The notes under the pieces: model-generated
The model's input: only the letters and a program-made list of their open reading frames with translations
Databases searched by the model: none
What the model was told of the DNA's origin: nothing
From: Octopus bimaculoides
Lineage: Eukaryota
NCBI RefSeq assembly: GCF_001194135.2
Contig: NC_068981.1
Coordinates: 148,206,845 to 148,265,186 of the forward strand
Direction: 5' to 3'
DNA length: 58,342 nt
Program-made: the position numbers and the translations under genes
Part shown: positions 54,952 through 58,342 of the stretch, piece after piece
Layout of the letters: each line of letters begins with the position of its first letter
Position numbering within the stretch: the stretch's first letter is position 1

Positions 54952-57636
54952 TATATATATATATATCATACACATACACACATATATATATCTACACAAT
55001 GGGTTTCTTTCACTTTCTGTCTACCAAATATACTTACAAGGCTTTGGTCAGCCACACCTATTAATATAAACATGTAGGCTTATTTACAATATATATGTGT
55101 GTATGTGTGTCAGGGCTGTCTAGTAACTATATAGGTCCCTGGGAAAATCAATGCACTGGGCCACCATTGCAATTATTCATTGACACCAAGCCATAACATA
55201 CATAGATCAGAATTGAGCCCTAGACTTGTGAGGCTCTCAGGCAAATGCCTTATGAAGGCACAGGTGTGTGTGTGTGTGTGTGTGTGCACGCGCATGCATG
55301 TGCATGTGTATGTGTATGTATGTATTTTTCTTTGTAGTATTTGTAAAATTCTATCTAGAAGGAGGAAACTGGCTTCTAACAAAGAAACAAAAGTTTCATC
55401 ATAAGCGTTTGTATTACAGCAATGATAATTGTCACATATATAAAACTTTAAGAAAGTCCTGCATATTTAAATTGCTCCACTTACAGATTGTATCTGTAAA
55501 GTTCACATTAGCCATTCTCTTCTTTAGCTTGAAAATCTTAGCTTCTCAAGCACGTAGCTTTGTCGTTAACTAACATAGCAGAGTGCACAAATGATTGTTA
55601 ATATGAATCATCATCGTCATCATTTATTTTATGTCTATTTTCCATGCTTGTATAAGTTATATGGCTTCACAGGATTTCTGTGGCTGGATGCCCATCCTAA
55701 ATGCCAACAGAGGTGTTGCATGTTTTAAAGCAGTTGTTCATAGATATTTTCCTACTTGCTGATTTTGAAAGAAATATTCACATCTGCAGGATAACTAACC
55801 TCTGTGACTGTACATGACTTTCTTTCTTGCCCCAAATAACTATATCAAGTTTGTTTTGTTTGCACTTGTCAGAAGTTATGATGGTAATGTTTCACCAATA
55901 TTCCTTCTGCTCATATGTATGTGTGTGTGTGCACGTGCATGCGTATATGTGTATATGAATGCATGCGTGTATGTATGCTTGTATGTATATATACATGCAT
56001 GCACGTATGTACATGCATGATGTATGTAGGCATACATGTATGAATGTATCTATGTATGTATGCATGTATGTATGTATAGATTCTTGTCAATGTTAACTAG
56101 CTCCTTTCTCTGTCCCTCGTCTTGTTGGTGCACCAATTCAATTCAATTCAATCGACGAGTCTTACTCCTAACGTTAATTAAATAGTTCTTCCTACATTCT
56201 ACAGCTTCCATCACTTGACATCATTCTCTCTACTCCTTTCGTTTTTTTTTGTTTCTATTCTAGTGACAACCAATTTTTTCTTTCTTTTCTTTCTTTATTT
56301 TTTCTTTATTTTTGTTTTGCTAATGCAAAGTCAGTGTTTTGTACCATATGTACTCTACTATGATATAACTGCATTCTTTTTGTTAATTCCCTATGAATTT
56401 CTCTTCAAATGATTTTATTTACACAAATTGTATATTTAAAAATAGTTATTTTCATGCAGAACAGTAGTCATATTGTTTTTTTAACTATTTAGAATTAAAA
56501 GAAAAACAAAAAAAAACTCTGTTGGAATGCATCTAAATTTATAACATGGGTGTCAATGGGAAAATAAGTTTCAATTTACAAAATTCCTTGTTATGGCAAT
56601 ATTTTCAGGAATGCAACACTTCTGTAATGTGGATAATGTCTGTATTATAAACACACCCTCCTCCTCATTATTTTAATGAATTTTAAAATGTCCTTTTTTT
56701 TTTTTTTCATTTAAGCACAGGTTGGTTAGGTCTGCAGCACTGCATATATAAGAATTTCCCTAGATGCTGTGTCATTTCATCAATGAGATTCAACATACAT
56801 TCTTGGGGCCTAACTTCACTAATTTCCATGTTTTCCTTGGAATTCTGCTATGACATGTATCTTCCAATGTTCACATATAAAGTCTTTTCAACTAGCACTC
56901 ATTGATCAATTACATAAATCCATACTAGTGTGTAGTTATCTCTCATCAATACTTTCACCAATATATATATATGTCATGCCCAACTATTCACAGCTCAATT
57001 GTTTCTACATTTTAATCAAGTTAATTCTACATAGGTGCAAGAATGGCTGCATGGTTAAGAAGCTTGCCTTGCAAATACATGGTGTTAGGTTCAGTCCTGC
57101 TATGCTGTATCTTAAGCAAGTATTTCCTACTTTATCTCGAGGAAGTATTTTCTACTATGTCTTGAGCTTCTTTCAGTTTCCTTCTACCAAATCCACTCAC
57201 AAAGCTTTGGTCAGTCTAAGGTTATTGTAGAAGAGACTTGCCTAAGGTTCCACGCAGTGTGACTGAACCTGGAACCATGTGGTTAGGAAACAAACTTCTT
57301 ACCACATTGCCACACTTGTTTTTGTATACTTATGATTATGGACAGTTCAGTCATGGCCTTCCAATCTTTTTATTCAGTCATAGTATATCAAGGATAACAG
57401 TACCCTGTGTCTATTCAGTTGTTCCTTGGGTTGTAATTTGAAGGAGATTTGGCTGCTATTTCTAGACGGTAGAGTGACCACACATAGGCTCCTTATTCAC
57501 TCATGAAAATTTTTGTCGTGAGCAGATATTATTGTTTCTATCTTTTTTAATTTTCTGAATCTAATAGAAGGTGCAGTGGCCATAATCTTCCCAGGTTCTC
57601 CAAGACCAATAAGAATAATGCTATTAAAGGGTACAG

Positions 57637-57972
57637 AGTGAAGACCCCTTTTGGTCATAAATGACCATGGGATTGCACCTAGGAAGTTCCCTCTGAGGTA
57701 CAAGTCTCGCAAGGTTGTTTATGGAAGACCAGCAGTTGGCCATGTATACCAGTCTCCCCTATCCATTCCACCGATGTTATCCAAAGGAAAGGCAAAGGCC
57801 AATACAGCTTGGCACCAGTGACATTACAACTCATTTCTACAGCTGAGTGAACCAGAGCAATGTGAAATAAAGTGTCTTGACCAAGAACAACCAACACAGC
57901 CCAGTTTAGGAATCAAACTCACTACATCATGATTATGAGCCCAATGCTCTAACCACTGATCCACGTGCCTTC
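57637..57972 (-). mobile_element. tRNA-headed SINE family E
   Basis: Colinear with 28515-28846. Confidence 0.85.
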
Positions 57973-58342
57973 GATGTCCTACTTAAACTGTTGCAAGTAA
58001 ATACAACAGATCTGTGAACCCCTTCCATTTTATTCTTCCTCTAGCCTCAACATATATATTCACAACTACCTCCAATGATAATTAGGTCTCCTAGGTAATA
58101 TAAACTATCCACTTCTTGTACAGGACTTCATTTCATGGTTATCTATATTACTTATTATTGTGATATATCTATCTGGTGTATCTGAAGGCTTGAATTTCTA
58201 TCAATCTACCAGAGATAACACTGCAAATTTTGTGCACTCATTACTTGTACTCAAAAAATATTTGGTATTTAGATCTTTCCCAAAACTTTCCTGCATATGT
58301 CTGTCTGTCTGTTAATCTATCCATCTATAAATGTATATATAT

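Noticed and set aside
4425-57897. Dozens of 60-200 aa ORFs in the track (poly-I, poly-M, poly-H, YIYI, LSLS, CVCV, X-runs)
   Set aside because: They are translations of microsatellites, SINEs or N-gaps, often starting at non-ATG codons, with no domain-like content.

Overview
AT-rich eukaryotic genomic DNA with many microsatellites, nine N-gaps and dense short interspersed repeats. Repeat style and draft quality suggest a coleoid cephalopod (Octopus-like); this is inference. One protein-coding gene spans most of the window on the minus strand: a DOK7-like adaptor (PH + IRS-type PTB domain) with 8 coding exons from ATG 49001 to TGA 94. All visible splice phases are consistent. Exon 5 is partly hidden in the 12590-12901 gap, and intron 2 is 31.4 kb. 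The predicted protein is about 1550 aa, roughly three times human DOK7, with a long disordered tail carrying YxxM, YxN and tandem SHP2-type motifs. The rest is repeat: several tRNA-headed SINE families, TA-, TTAA- and 8-bp-TSD MITEs, and a decayed 5'-truncated RTE LINE with a PHD finger inside its RT region. The most unusual non-coding signal is a set of hammerhead-ribozyme-like motifs (CUGANGA-A-stem II-GAAA). One sits directly behind an intact tRNA-type Pol III promoter (14317-14587). Others lie in two long fold-back palindromes in intron 6 and in a Penelope-like inverted-plus-tandem repeat (53496-54610). Every copy deviates somewhere, so none can be claimed to be catalytically active.
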